This document shows, piece after piece, positions 37,871 through 50,599 of a stretch of 64,000 bases of DNA. Positions within the stretch are counted from its first letter, which is position 1. Each line of letters opens with the position of its first letter. Made by a program: the position numbers and the translations under genes. The DNA is from Malacoraja senta (lineage: Eukaryota): contig CM075989.1 in assembly GCA_038087875.1 (NCBI GenBank), positions 13,828,001 to 13,892,000 on the forward strand. Reading direction: 5' to 3'. The notes beneath the pieces are model-generated. The model searched no databases, was not told the origin of the DNA, and saw only the letters and a program-made list of their open reading frames with translations.

Positions 37871-38095
37871 TAGATCGACACAAAATACTGGAGTAACTGC
37901 AGGTCATGCAGAATCTCTGGAGAAAAGGAATAGGTGATATTTAGAATCGGAACCCATTTTCAGACTGAAGAGGTGCTCCAACCCGAAACGTTGCCTATTC
38001 CTTTTCTCCAGCGATGTTGCCTGACCCGCAGACTAACTCCAGCATTTTATATCTATCTTTGGTATAAACCAGCATCTGTAATTCCTTCCTACACC
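37871..38095. mobile_element. Palindromic Penelope-repeat-derived insertion inside a V-SINE tail
   Basis: Inverted arms centred near TTCAGACTGAAG; 12-bp TSD GTGGGTTGAAGG at 37859-37870 and 38096-38107. Confidence 0.8.
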
Positions 38096-38485
38096 GTGGG
38101 TTGAAGGGCCTGCCTCCTTGCCATTTGACTCTCAATTCAGAAATGTTTTTAATAAAGCATCAACAGTAATCATGACTCCACAGGATTGTTTGAAAAAACC
38201 CACCCGGGTCACTAAATTCCTCCAGGGAAGTTAATCAGTTATCTTTATCCAGCCTAGTCTTTATTTAACTCCTGACTCATAACTATCTCCTCAGTTCAGA
38301 GGGAATAAGGAATGTACAATAAGCGTTGACATTGTTCGTGATATTCTCATCGCTTCAATGAACTTATAAAATGAAATTTTAATAATAATTCCTTTTTAAG
38401 ACTTCCGTTGAATACAAGGAAGAGCACCCATGTACTGGTTAAACATTTGGAACCCTCTTTATCAATGATCAAACTATACTCTATG

Positions 38486-38606
38486 TTTAAGAAATAACTG
38501 CAGATGCTGGAAAAATCGGAGGTAGACAAAAATGCTGCAGAAACTGTGAGGCAGCATCTATGGAGCAAAGGAATAGGTGACGTTTCGGGTCAAGGCCCTT
38601 CTTCAG
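38486..38606 (-). mobile_element. Short Penelope-repeat-derived insertion with hammerhead core
   Basis: CTGAAGA-A-GGGCCTTGACCC-GAAAC-GTC at 38606-38579; 15-bp TSD AAACTATACTCYATG at 38471-38485 and 38607-38621 (1 mismatch). Confidence 0.78.
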
Positions 38607-38693
38607 AAACTATACTCCATGATCACAGGTATTTGAACAGATTATGAAGTCTATTGCTGTCATGCTTACAGTGCATGGAAATAAATTAAAGGT

Positions 38694-41068
38694 ATTATAT
38701 TTGATAGTCTGGTTAAATAAATAAGCACATATTTTAATAAATTTCCCATACCCTTCTTGTTTCTCTGTATTCACTGCATGTTTAATTCAGTTTAGTTTAT
38801 TCTCACGTGTACCAAGGTACAGTGAAAAGCTTTGTTGCGTGCTAACCAGTCAGCAGAAATAAAATACATTATTACAATCGAGCCATCCACAGTGTACAGA
38901 TGCATGATAAAGGGAATAACGTGAATAATATTTAGTGCAAGATAAAGCCAGTAAAGTCTGATCAAAGATAGTCTGATGGTAGATGGTAGTTCAGGACTGC
39001 TTACTAGTTGTTGGTTGGATGGTTAAGTTGCCTAATAACAACTGGGAAGAAACTGTCCCTGAATCTGGAGATGTGGATGTTCACACCTATATCTTTTGCC
39101 CGATGCAAGAGGGGAGAAGAGGGATTGGCCAGGGTGTGTCATCCTTAATTGTGCTGCTGGCCTTGCCGAGGCAGCGTGAGGTGTAAATGGAGACAATGAA
39201 AGGGAGGTTGGTTGTGATGGTGTGCTTTGTGATGGGTACATACTGTATGGGAAGAGATTACAATGTTATGACACAGCTATCACTCTTAAATAGGAGATAT
39301 TTCAGAAACAGCATTTTGCAAATTATTTTTGTAAACTCTAGAACTATGTTATTTTAAACTGCTTGATTAACCAAACTGCTCCAATTAGCATTGTAATCTG
39401 CAGCCAACAGAAACAAAAAGTGTTTACATCTCAGAAGAGAAGATGACAACGTTATTAACTTAGTTTATCTGTATTTGTGACCATCAAGCTCTCAGTTCCT
39501 GCTTGTTTTATAATGTGAAACGGACAAGTATGAACATTGTTTTATGGAGACCAATAAAGTGAATCCAAAGCAACAAATTACCAGTGAACAGAACACTCTC
39601 ATTGTGCACACTTGAGGCTGGTAATGTGACACGGCAGAGAAGACACATCAACTTAGAGTCAAAGTCATACAGCATGGACACAGGCCGTTCAGCCCACCAC
39701 ATCCATGGTGACCAGTGGGAATACATCTGCATTAATCCCATATTCTAGCACGTGGCTGACAGCCTTCGATACGTAGGCAATTCAAATGCTTGTCCAGAGA
39801 GTACTTAAATGTGATCAGTAACGGGTTCCACCACTTTCCAGCAGACCATTCCAGCTGCTCACTGTTCTGGGTGGAGAAGGTTGATATTGTTGTATCTACC
39901 TCTGATACAGGGAAAAGTGTCCTGCAGTCTACCCTATCTACATCTCTCATAATTTTATATACTTCAGTCAGATCCTCTCTTAACCCCTCTGGTCCAGGGA
40001 TAATAGACACAGCCTCCCCAACTCCCCTCATAATTAAGATGCTCCATCCCAGTCAACATCCCAGTGGAAGCTCTCAGCAAACTCGTCACATTCTTCACAT
40101 CCATCCTCCATATTGGTGACCAAGGTTTTATGAAGTTTGAGGCTAAGCACCCTGCTCTTATCTTCAGTGCCCTGACTAATGAAGGACAGTATCACTATGC
40201 CTTCATAACCACTCTTGTCTCTTTATGCTGCCACTATTGAAGATCTCTGACTTGTACATCACAGACCATTTGTTCCTCAATAATGATGGTAATCTTGACT
40301 GGGAAGGTCCAAGGGAGTATTGAGGAACAGAGGAACCTTGATGTACTAGCCTCATTAGTACTCTCAAAAGGGTGGTGGATCCACGTAGTATGACTAAGGA
40401 AGAACAACCCTCCACTTTCATTGTGGAATATATAGAACAGTACAGCTCAGGAACAGGCCCTTCAGTCAATAATGTCTGTGCCAACCAAGATGCCAATTTA
40501 AACTGCACTTCTACCTACTCATGGCCAACATCCCTTTCCAGGTATGTAGGAAGAAACTGCAGATACTGGTTTAAACTGAAGATAGACACAAACAGCTGGA
40601 GTAACTCAGCGGGTCAGACAGCATCTCTGGAGAAAAGGAATAGGTGATGTTTCGGGTTGAGACCATTCTTCAGACTGAGAGTCATGGGAAAGGGAAAGGT
40701 CTATCCCTTTCTAGATTCTGATTCTAAACTAGAGTAAAGCATTCAGCTTTCTGAACAGGAACAGAAAATGTATTGCAATATATGTTTTTCCCCCAATATG
40801 TTAACAGTAGAGTTAGTATTTTGCAGGGTCTCATAGCATTCTAATTAAAGTAGCATAAATAATGTATAGAAACTAAAGGCAAAAAATAATGTTTGTAAGT
40901 TAGAGTAGTTTGGAAGCCATAGAAAAAACTGCAGGAGTCCCAGCTGAGATATATGAATCATCGTTAGCTACCAGTGACATGTCAGTGGCTGTTGCTGTGT
41001 CTTCATTTAAGAGGGACTGCAAAGAAAAACGTGTGACCTGCAGACCAGTACACCTGACATCTGTTATA
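38694..41068 (+). repeat. Local duplication, copy 2 (~2.4 kb)
   Basis: Direct repeat of 28675-31112 at ~10.0 kb offset; paired ORFs 28962/38983 and 30406/40372 are nearly identical. Confidence 0.95.
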
Positions 41069-43989
41069 GTTAAAGTACTGGAGGGGATTCAGAAGGATAT
41101 ACATGCATTTGGAAAGATAGGGGTTGCTTAGGGATCATCAGCATTGCTTTGTGCATGGAAGTTCATGATTCACAAAACTGATTTGACATTTTTTTAAATA
41201 ATTAACCAAGGAGGTTTTTGACAGCAGATGTTGTCCATATTCATGTACCTATACACTGTAAATGGATCAATTGTAATCATGTATTGTCTTTCTGTTGACT
41301 CATTTTCATGCAACAAAAGCTTTTCACTGTACCATGGTACACGTGACAATAAACTAAATTGAAATTGAAGGTCTTTGATAAGGTTCTGCATGGTAGGCTG
41401 GAGTGATAGATGGCATGGGATCTAGGGAGAGCTTGTTAATATATCATTGGCTTGATGATAGGAAGCAGAGGGTGATGGTGGAAAGTTGTTTTTTAGACTG
41501 GAGGCCCGTGACTAATAGTGCGCCTCAGCGATCAGTGCTGGGCCCATTGTAGTTTGTCATCTATATCAATAACATGGACGAGAATGAACAAGGCATGGTT
41601 AGAAATGTTGCAGATGACATGAAAATAAATGGAATTGTGGGCAATGAAGAAGGTTATCAAGAACAGGATCTTGATCAACTCGGTAAGTGGGCCAAGGAAT
41701 ATCAACCACTTTCTGTATGAAAAAACCTTATCCCTCCGATCCGTTTAAAACTACTTTCTTTCACATTTAAACTGTGCCCTCTTGTTTTTGATATCCCTAC
41801 CACGGGGGAAAAATTCCAATTATCTACCCTGTTTTGGCTTCACATAATGTTATACACCTCGATCAGGTCAACCCTCAGCCCCCTCAACTTCAAGCTAAAC
41901 AAGCCTGGCCCATTCAATCGCTTCCTGTGACTAAAGTCCATAGCAAAGAAACTTGAAAGAGTACAAAAAAGATTTATGAGGACGTTATAGGGTTTAGAGG
42001 GTTTGAGTTACAAGGAGGGGCTGGAGAGGCTTTTTTCTTGGAGCATGGGAGGCCGAGGGGTGACCTTCTCGAGGATTATAAAATCATGAGGCGCATAGAA
42101 AAGGTGAATAGCCAATCTTTTCTCTAGCGTAGGTGTGCAAAATCCCGAGGGCATAGGTTTAAGGTTAGAGGGGAAAGAATTAATAGGAATCTGAGGGGCA
42201 ACTTCACATCGGGTGGTGGGTATCTGGAACAAGGTGGTGCAGGAAGTGGTACAGGTGGGTACAATTCTGAAATTTAAAATATATTTGGACAGGGACATGC
42301 TTACGAAAGATTTTGAGGGACGTGGGCCAAGCGCACTAGCTCAGTTACACAACTTGGTCAACGTGGATGAGTACGTTTGAAGGGGCCGTTGCTGTGCTGT
42401 ACAATTCCAATGTCCTTCAACCCAGGCAACATCTGGGTGAATCTCCTCTATACTCTCTCTAGTGCAATCACCTCCTTCCTATGGTGTGGCAACCAGAACT
42501 GGGTCCAATAGTCCAAACACAGCCTTACCAGTATTTTCTAAAGTTGTAACTCAACATCACATGTTGTATTCAATGCTTCCACTTATGAAGACAAACATGT
42601 CAGATGTTTTCTTCACTATTTCTACCCCTGTTGGCCATTTCAGGGAACTATGGACCCTGAGGTCTCACTGGTTATCAACATTCTTTGGTGTATTTACTAC
42701 ATATGTCCTAAAACGCATCACTCACACTTGTCAGGATTAAATTCCATTTGCCAAAGTTCTGCCCAACTTTCCGACTGATCTATATCCTGACCATCTTCCT
42801 TGCTATCCACAAACAAAATGTTGTTCCACCAACCTCCGTGCCATCTGCAAACCTACTTATCATCCCACCTACGTTCATATCTGAGTCATTAAAATATATC
42901 AAAGATAGCAAAGTTCCCAGCACCAATCCTTGTGATACATCACTAGTCACAGACTTCCAATCAGAAAAACATCCCAAACTCTGCCTCCTACTGCCAAGCC
43001 AATTTTGGATTCAATTAGTCAGCTTTCTTTGAATCGCCTGTGCCTTAAGCTTCTGGATCAGCCCACAATGCAGGACCTTGTCAGATAACCTTACTCAAGT
43101 CCATATCACCAATGCCTGCCACTCTCCCTTCACCAATCTCCATTGTTTACTTCTCAAAAAACCTCAAGTTGGTGAGACAGATTTTCCTCATTACAAAACA
43201 ATGCTAACTCTCCGTAATCAGTCCCCATCTTTCCAACTGAAAATAAATCCTTAGAATTCTCTCCAATGCTTTTCCTTTCCATTGATGCAAGGCTCAGAGC
43301 TTAGCTCCACTGCCCTTCTTAAACGAACAACATTCGTTGTCCTCCCGTCTTCTTGGGACAGCCAAGATCTTTAGAGCCCCAGCGATATCCTCCCTTGTTT
43401 CCCATAACATTCAAGGACAGATCTTATCTGGCCCAGTGATTTATCCATCTTTATGTATTCCAAGGCCTCAAACATCCCCACCTTCTTAAAACCTACACAC
43501 TCCAGAAAATTCCCCGTCCCCTTGAACTCACTATCCTTCACATCCTTCTTGTTGATGTATTATTCACTTAGGATTTCCCCACTTCCACACATAGATTATC
43601 CTTTTGGTCACTAAAGAGGCCCACTCTTTCCAGTCCACCCACTCTACCCTCTTGATCCCAATATACCTGGATAATCACTTAGCATTCTCCTTAATCTCAC
43701 TTGATAAGGGTATTTCATGGCTCTATTCGCCTCCCTAATTTCCTCTGTAGGCACTCAGTTACAAACATCTTCTATATTCCTCAAGATATATTGAAAGAAT
43801 CAAAATATCCAAATGGATTGTAAAAATTCTTGAGCACAAGTCAATAGCGTGGGACAATTAAGCAGCTTCGCGAACATTTGGGTAATAATGCCCAATCACC
43901 TTGAGGAATCAACACTGATATCTCATGGGTACACAAAAATGCTTGAGAAACTCAGCGGGTGCAGCAGCATCTATGGAGCGAAGGAAATA

Positions 43990-44023
43990 GGCAACGTTTC
44001 GGGCCGAAGCCCTTCTTCAGACC
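43990..44023 (-). ncRNA. Minimal type I hammerhead ribozyme motif (Penelope-associated)
   Basis: GGU-CUGAAGA-A-GGGC(UUCG)GCCC-GAAAC-GUU-GCC: conserved core, 4-bp stem II with UUCG loop, palindromic AACGUU stem III, 3-bp stem I; host insertion flanked by ATATCTCATG repeats (43918-43927, 44036-44045). Confidence 0.7.
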
Positions 44024-44196
44024 GTTATTTCTGATATATCTCATGATGATTATACTCCGAACGAGCCTCTCCTTCCTCCATCTCACCCAATGAACACGAT
44101 TTTCTGTCCTTTCACCCACAGTGGCTACATAACCTCTTTCAATCCAATCTATGATACTTGTGTCAATTACTCTGGAGAGCAGATTTCAGATTCTAA

Positions 44197-44428
44197 AGGG
44201 CCTGTCCCACTTGGGCCTGTCCCAGGTGGTGCGCAAAGATTTTGTGAATCCCAAAATCCTGGGGCGCCGCGCGAGACCGCGCTTCACTGCCTACATCACC
44301 ACGCACCTTGCACGAGTAATGCACGTCATGCGCGCGTAATGCACGCCATGCGCACATCACGTGCGTCGTAACGTGTAAATGATGTCGTGTAAATGACGCG
44401 CAAATAATGTCCAAGTGGGACAGCCCCT
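44197..44428. mobile_element. PIF/Harbinger-type MITE (232 bp)
   Basis: 18-bp TIRs AGGGCCTGTCCCACTTGG / CCAAGTGGGACAGCCCCT (1 mismatch); TAA TSD at 44194-44196 and 44429-44431; CpG-rich interior. Confidence 0.88.
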
Positions 44429-46103
44429 TAACTCCTCTCTGAATAACAAGATCACTCCGGAATCCCTAATGTACATAAAAGAACATAAAACAATACAGCA
44501 CGGGGGAACAGGTCCTTTGGCCCAAAATGTCTGTGGGGAATATTATACTATGTTAAAGTAATTTCCTCTGTGTGCCTGTGATCCATATTTCTCCATTCCT
44601 TGCAAATCCATGTGCCTATCTAAAACTCTATTAAATGCCTGTATCTTCTTCAACTATCACCCCTGGCAGCACATTCCAGGTACCCATCACTTTGTGTGAG
44701 AAAATCCTTCCCTGCAAAGCTCTTTTAAACTCCCCCCATCCTTCTGACCCAACAGCTCTGCTCTTCAGTCATTTTCACACTGGGAAAAAGATTCTGACTG
44801 TTCACCCTATATATGCCTCTCTCATCATTTTATATACTTCTATCAGTCTCCCCACAACATGTGCTCCAGAGAAAACAATCCGAGTTTGTTCAATCTCTCC
44901 TTACAGTCAATACATTCTATCCTTCCCTGCAACACTCCAAACGTTCGGGAAAGGACGTTCTTTTAGGAAGGAGATGAGGAGGAATTTCTTTAGTCAGAGG
45001 GTGGTAAATCTGTGGAATTCTTTGCCACAGAAGGCTGTGGAGGTCAAGTCGTGGATATATTTAAGGCCGAGATAGATAATGTAGATTCTTGATGTCAGAG
45101 GTTATGGGGTGAAGATAGGAGGATGGGATTAGGAGGGAGAGATGAATCAGCCATGATTGAATGGTGGAGTAGACTTGATGGGCCAAATGGCCTAATTCTG
45201 CTCTAATCACATGATTTTATGATCTAATCCAAGCAGCATCCTGGTAAACTTCTTCTGCATCCTCTCCAAATGCTTTAAAATTTGGTTTTATAAATGACTA
45301 TCTTAGATATATTACTTCACACAAATTGAAGCATCTTCAATCCATGTAGAAAAAAGGCACAATCATTGTTAAAAGCAATGTTTCAAATATTAATCTAGTT
45401 CGTGGCGTTCTTTCAGCTTGATGTACACTGGATGTAATCTCTGTCTCACCTAATCAGGTGATTTATTTCCAAAGGCAGAAGTGCGTTAAAAATGAATTAC
45501 ACTCATTTATTTCTGTTCTGTTCCTCGCTGGTGCAAGCTCACTGAATATAACTTCGTTATTTAAATAATTGGCGCATTAGAGCAAATGTCACTCGAAAAA
45601 GACTGGAGGATGCTTATGCTGCAAGAGCATTTTTTGAAGGCTATGATTCATAAAGCACCAGAGGGTAGATTTATGTCAGGGTCCACCTAACTGATGCAGA
45701 AACTATTCTGAAATAGTTACAACCACAAACATTTGACTCTAACCATATTTCAACTTTTATTTGTACAGAAAGTTACTTCGCTTATAAATGAAATATTTAA
45801 ACAGGGGTTTTATGGCAAATGTCAGTGTGTCAAATATGTGGCTCAACATGACCAAAGAGAAATCACTTCAAACAAATTAAATCTGAATTACTGTCAAGGT
45901 CTGTATAAAATTCTGAACAGGAAATTGACTAAATGAAGTTTCCACTCAATTACTGCAACTGTACACTCGTGTTTGATCCACCGTCACATTAAGGAAGTCC
46001 TTTAATTTGTTTTCCATCTCCCAGCAATGTGGTTTTCCACCCAGCACAAAGGGCCACTGCCTTTCCTGAGCAGAACATGCAAACCTTGCACATGATTGTA
46101 AAA

Positions 46104-46223
46104 GGGTCTCGACCCGAAACATCACCCATTCCTTCTCTCCAGAGATGCTGCCTGTCCCGCTGAGTTCCTCCAGCATTTTGCGTCTACCTTCGATTTAAAC
46201 CAGCATCTGCAGTTCTTTCCTAT
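46104..46223 (+). mobile_element. Short Penelope-repeat-derived insertion
   Basis: Begins in hammerhead stem II (GGGTCTCGACCCGAAAC); perfect 14-bp TSD ACATGATTGTAAAA at 46090-46103 and 46224-46237. Confidence 0.8.
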
Positions 46224-46554
46224 ACATGATTGTAAAATCTGTGCCGGGTTTGTCCCAGGAGAGGAGTGTAAATGTTATACAGGGTTTTTCCTGTTCTGGA
46301 CAAAAAGCCTTTTCTGCCATCTGCCATCTGCCAAGGTGACCATTTTTGAATTATGAAACAAAACTTATCATCGATCCCAAATCATACAGATATAACCATG
46401 GAAGGAGTCCCCTCTCGTACAGCAGCTTGTATTGTCATGGATAGTTGACCATCCAGATCACAGAATGTTCTCAATTTCAATGAGATCTTCTCTCAATTTT
46501 CTGAACTCTTGAGAATACAGGGCATATCCACTTCTTATATGGTAAACCCACCTG

Positions 46555-47960
46555 TTCACTCACACACCTTCACGTGGACTACCTCTTCCTTCTCTTTCTT
46601 GATTTCCATCTTTGTCCAAGGAGATAGGCTAGTCACAAACGTAGATTAAAAGCCTACAGACCACTGCGCCCATCTTGAATTCCACTTCCCCCCACCTGTG
46701 AGACTCGATTCTTTTATCTGAATTCTTCCATCTTTTTTATATTTGTTGCAATTACAAGACTTTCTACAGAGGTATCTTGCTTCTTCTTGAATATCCCTCT
46801 CTAGCACAGTGGGGAGAGCTCCTGCCCTGGACAGAGCAAGGAAACTGTTCCTCTCCTCACCTTGCACCCCACCTTACACCCCAATGGTACATCTTATGCA
46901 ACTTCCACCAGCTCCAACAAGATTCCACGATCGAACACATCTTTCCCTCCCTCAGTTCATTATTTTGAATGGACTGTTCCCTTTGTAACTCACTGATCCA
47001 CTCTCCCTGCCCCCTCGATCCCGATTACGGGTGCTGTCTGTACGGAGTTTGTACGTTCTCCCTGTGAACACGTGGGTTTTCTCCGGGTGCTCCAGTTTCC
47101 TCCCACACTCCAAAGACCTACTGGTTGGTGGGTTAATTGACTTTGATAAAATTGTAAATTGTCCCTAGTCTGTAGGATAGTGTTAGTGTACGGGGTGATC
47201 ACTGGCCAGCGTGGACTTGGTGGGCTGAAGGGTCTTTTTCCGCTTTATATTTCTAATGTCTAAAGGGACATGGATAGGATAGTTTAGAAGAATATGGGCC
47301 AAATGCAGGCAGGTGGACTAGTGTAGATGGGATATGTTGGCCGGCATGGGCAAGTTGGGCCAAAGAGCCTGTTTCCATGCTGTATGACTTTATATAACTC
47401 AATTTCAAATTTCTGGGTGGTAATTTGCAAATTCAGCAAGTGTGAATTTCCATTACCCAAACAGCCGTACCACAAGCTTCACCAGTTCTGCAGTGGTCTC
47501 ACTCTTGTCTCCTGTATATTGGGGAAATTAACCACGGGTTGGATGACCACATTCGATCCACAGGGTGACCCTGAGCTTCCTGGTGCCTGCCTCTTCAACC
47601 CCTCACTCTGACCTCTGCCTATGATTTCCTGCTTTGTTATAATTAGGTCCAATGTGACTTTCTGCGCTGTTGTAATCAGATCCAATGCAAGCCTGAGGAA
47701 CAAAACCTCATCACCTAGGCTCATTGTAGTTTTCTGGATGCAAATTGAAGTCTACATCTTCAGGTAATTTGCCTTCAATGCATCAGAATTGGGCATTGCT
47801 GTTGTAAGTCATCCAACTGTGATATTGGCTCCGTTTTTGCTTCCCATTAGTTAGTGACCTTGCCTTTGCATTATCACCCTCAAATGGCTTGCATTAATCC
47901 ATTGACTGGAGAAAATATTCTGCCAGATCTGCTGAGCATTTCCATCATTTTGTTTTACTT
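46555..47960 (+). mobile_element. Old Penelope-like element, interrupted by a V-SINE (~47013-47262) and a CR1 tail
   Basis: Degenerate FTWT...FL...GDRL.T...KPTD RT-like motifs; 47560-47770 is similar to the GIY-YIG end at 19100-19290. Confidence 0.6.
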
Positions 47961-48604
47961 TTAGCCTTGTAAATCTCAGTTACACGCCCTTCACACAAAC
48001 ACTTAATTCTTTGGGTAGGGAAATAAAAACTGTACAAGTGTTCCGGGTGTGGTTTCATCCATTTCCTGACAGCCAGACAGCTTTGTTCCGATACTCTATA
48101 ACCCTGGATTTGCCTGGATGTTAGCATTCAGTGACTTGCATACAGACATGCTCATGTTCCTTGGCACATCAATATAATCCATTCTCTTACAATTAAAATG
48201 TTTCTTTTATGTTTTATGCAGCTTTATAAAACTGCTTAGGGCACATATGGAGCATTTTGTACAGTTCTGGTCCCTGCCACAGGAAAGATGTGCAGGCATT
48301 GGACAGAGTGCAGAAGAAGTTCACCAGGATGTGGTCTGGATTGAGTGCATTAGCAAAAACAAGTTGGACAAACATAATTGTGTTCTCTGGAGCATTGGAG
48401 GATGAGGGGGTGACCTGATTGAAGCATGTAAAATAATAACAGGAATAGTTAAGTAGATAGTCAGAGTATTTTTCCCAGCGTGGAAATGTTAAATAACAGA
48501 CGGAATATTCTCAAACATCCTTTTCTTGTTCACCTTGTTGGTCCAGGAATGAATGTGTAACTGAGCAGCAAGCATCTGCATCCAATCCCTTCAAACTTCT
48601 CACT

Positions 48605-48670
48605 AACACACACTCACATGTACACACACCCACTCACACACACACACACACACACGCACACACACACACA
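48605..48670 (+). repeat. (CA)n microsatellite, imperfect
   Basis: Directly visible. Confidence 0.9.
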
Positions 48671-48874
48671 TCCAGACCCTCCCCCCATCACTGCTCCTAG
48701 GCACAGACAATACTTCAACACGATTTGATTAACCAGCTTCCTGCTAATCAAGAATATTTCTAAAACTGTTACTGACACACCCAAGCAGATAATGATTTGT
48801 TAATTATTACAAAAGAAAAAGAAACATGTTACGAGTGCACATGTTACGAATCCACATTTTCCATGGGTGCTTAC

Positions 48875-48945
48875 CTTGTTACTTGGGTTCTTGTACCGAA
48901 ATCAAGTGTCCTCATGGACCGCAGGACCTCCACACAACCCATATA
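48875..48945 (-). CDS. SHC4: SHC4 exon 2 (PTB domain start, [24 protein letters not shown])
   Basis: ttcag|TAT ... ACA AG|gtaag; 71 bp; hallmark Shc PTB sequence; LDFG is SHC4-like. Confidence 0.95.
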
Positions 48946-50177
48946 CTGAAACAGGAAAGGAGAAAGGCATATAACTTTCTTAAAATTATTCAAAGATGAA
49001 CTATATGAACAAAATTCAGTAATTTTAAGGCCATTGAAACAACAAGTCAGTGTGCACCCCATTATACTGACCAACATTGCTACTCCTGGCCCTAACCTGG
49101 GTGAACTGGGAACATTTCGAGATGGGTCCATGGAGCAGCAATGATTATCAGCTGCCTCTTCTGATCTGCTTCTGACGTTGACCCACACGGTCTTCACTTC
49201 AGCCACATTTTGGAATCAGGATACAAAGAACAGCCGCCATCATGTAAAATGTTTAGCACGTGTGAGGAAGAATGTATTTCTATCCCATTTCATCCTTCCA
49301 AGAGGACGAAAGACAACGGGAGATGGTCATTTGCTAATAATCATTCAATGGCGGCAGAGGTGGAGTTTGAGCAGTTTGATGATTATACAAACAACAAAGT
49401 CAGACAGTCAGTCAGCATCTGTGGAAAGTGAAACCATTCCATGTTTCAGGTCAGGGACTCTTCCTCAGAACTGGGGAGGGGAGAGTAGAGGGGGACAGTT
49501 TTCAAAGTAGAGCTGGGTGAATCAGTGAGTCAAAGTCAGAGTCATTGAGTTATACAGCGATGTAAACAGGCCCTCTCGGTCCAAGTCCTCCATTGCAACC
49601 AAGATGTCCTTCTGAGCTAGTCTCAATTGCCTACATTTGGCCAATATCCCTCTAAAACCTTCCTACCCATGCAACTGTCCAAATGTATTTAAATGTTGTA
49701 ATTGTACTTCCTCTACCACCACCTCCTCTAGCAGCTCATCCACATACATGCCTTCCCCTGAAAAAGTTGCCGCAACAGTCTCATTTAAATCTTTCCCCTC
49801 TCACCTTAAACTTATGCCCTCTAATTTATCATTGCCTTACCCTGGGAAATTCACCTTATCTATGTCCTCATGATTTTATATACCTGTACAAGGTCACACC
49901 TCAGGTTCCTATGTTCCAGGGAAAGTGTCACAGCCTTTTGAATCTTTCCTTATAACTGGAGTTCCCCAATCTTGGTAACATCCCCATTAATCCTTTCTAC
50001 ATCCTTTCTAACGTAATTACATACTTCCTATAGCTGGGTGACCAGAACTGAACATAATAATCCAAGTGTGATCTGACTGATGACTTGTACAGTGGCAAAA
50101 TGATGTCCCAATTCTGTATTCAGTGCCCTGGGTGAGAAAGGCAAGTGTGCCAAATGCCTTCTTTACAATACTGTCTC

Positions 50178-50470
50178 GTGCGGCACGGTGGCGTAGCAGC
50201 AGAGCTATGCCTTACAGCGCCAGAGACCCGGATTCGATCCTGACTATGGGTGAATTTGTACGTTCTCCCCATGCCCTGCGTGGGTTTTCTCCGAGATCTC
50301 CGGTTTCCTCCCACACTCCAAGCAGGTTTGTAGATTAACTGGCTTGGTATAAATGTAAATTGTCCCGAGTGTGTGTAGGATAGCGTAAGTGTGCAGGGAT
50401 TGCTGGTCGGTGCAGATTCGGTGGGCCGAAGGGCCTGTTTCCATGCTGTGTCTCCAAACTAAACTAAACT
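50178..50470 (+). mobile_element. V-SINE (HE1-like), full length
   Basis: Box A TGGCGTAGCAG, box B GATTCGATCC, V-domain GTTCTCCCC...GGTTTCCTCCCACA, CR1-like tail, (AAACT)n end. Confidence 0.88.
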
Positions 50471-50599
50471 TGTGTTGCTACTTTTGGGGAACTATATACC
50501 TGCACTCCTAGGTCCCTCTATTCTACACCATTCTCCAGGACATTACCATTTACAGTGCAAATCCTCGATTAACTTATCAAAATGCAACACCTCACGTTT

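Noticed and set aside
3507..48945. Calling the gene SHC3, SHC2 or SHC1
   Set aside because: Parts of the PTB (SRVCEAVPG, PDSKQ) are SHC3-like. However LDFG, YLKNP, NEIPGK, YEN, DLFDDPxYxNTQ, GLQGGQAKH and the absence of the DLFDMKPFEDAL motif favour SHC4. A phylogeny would settle it.
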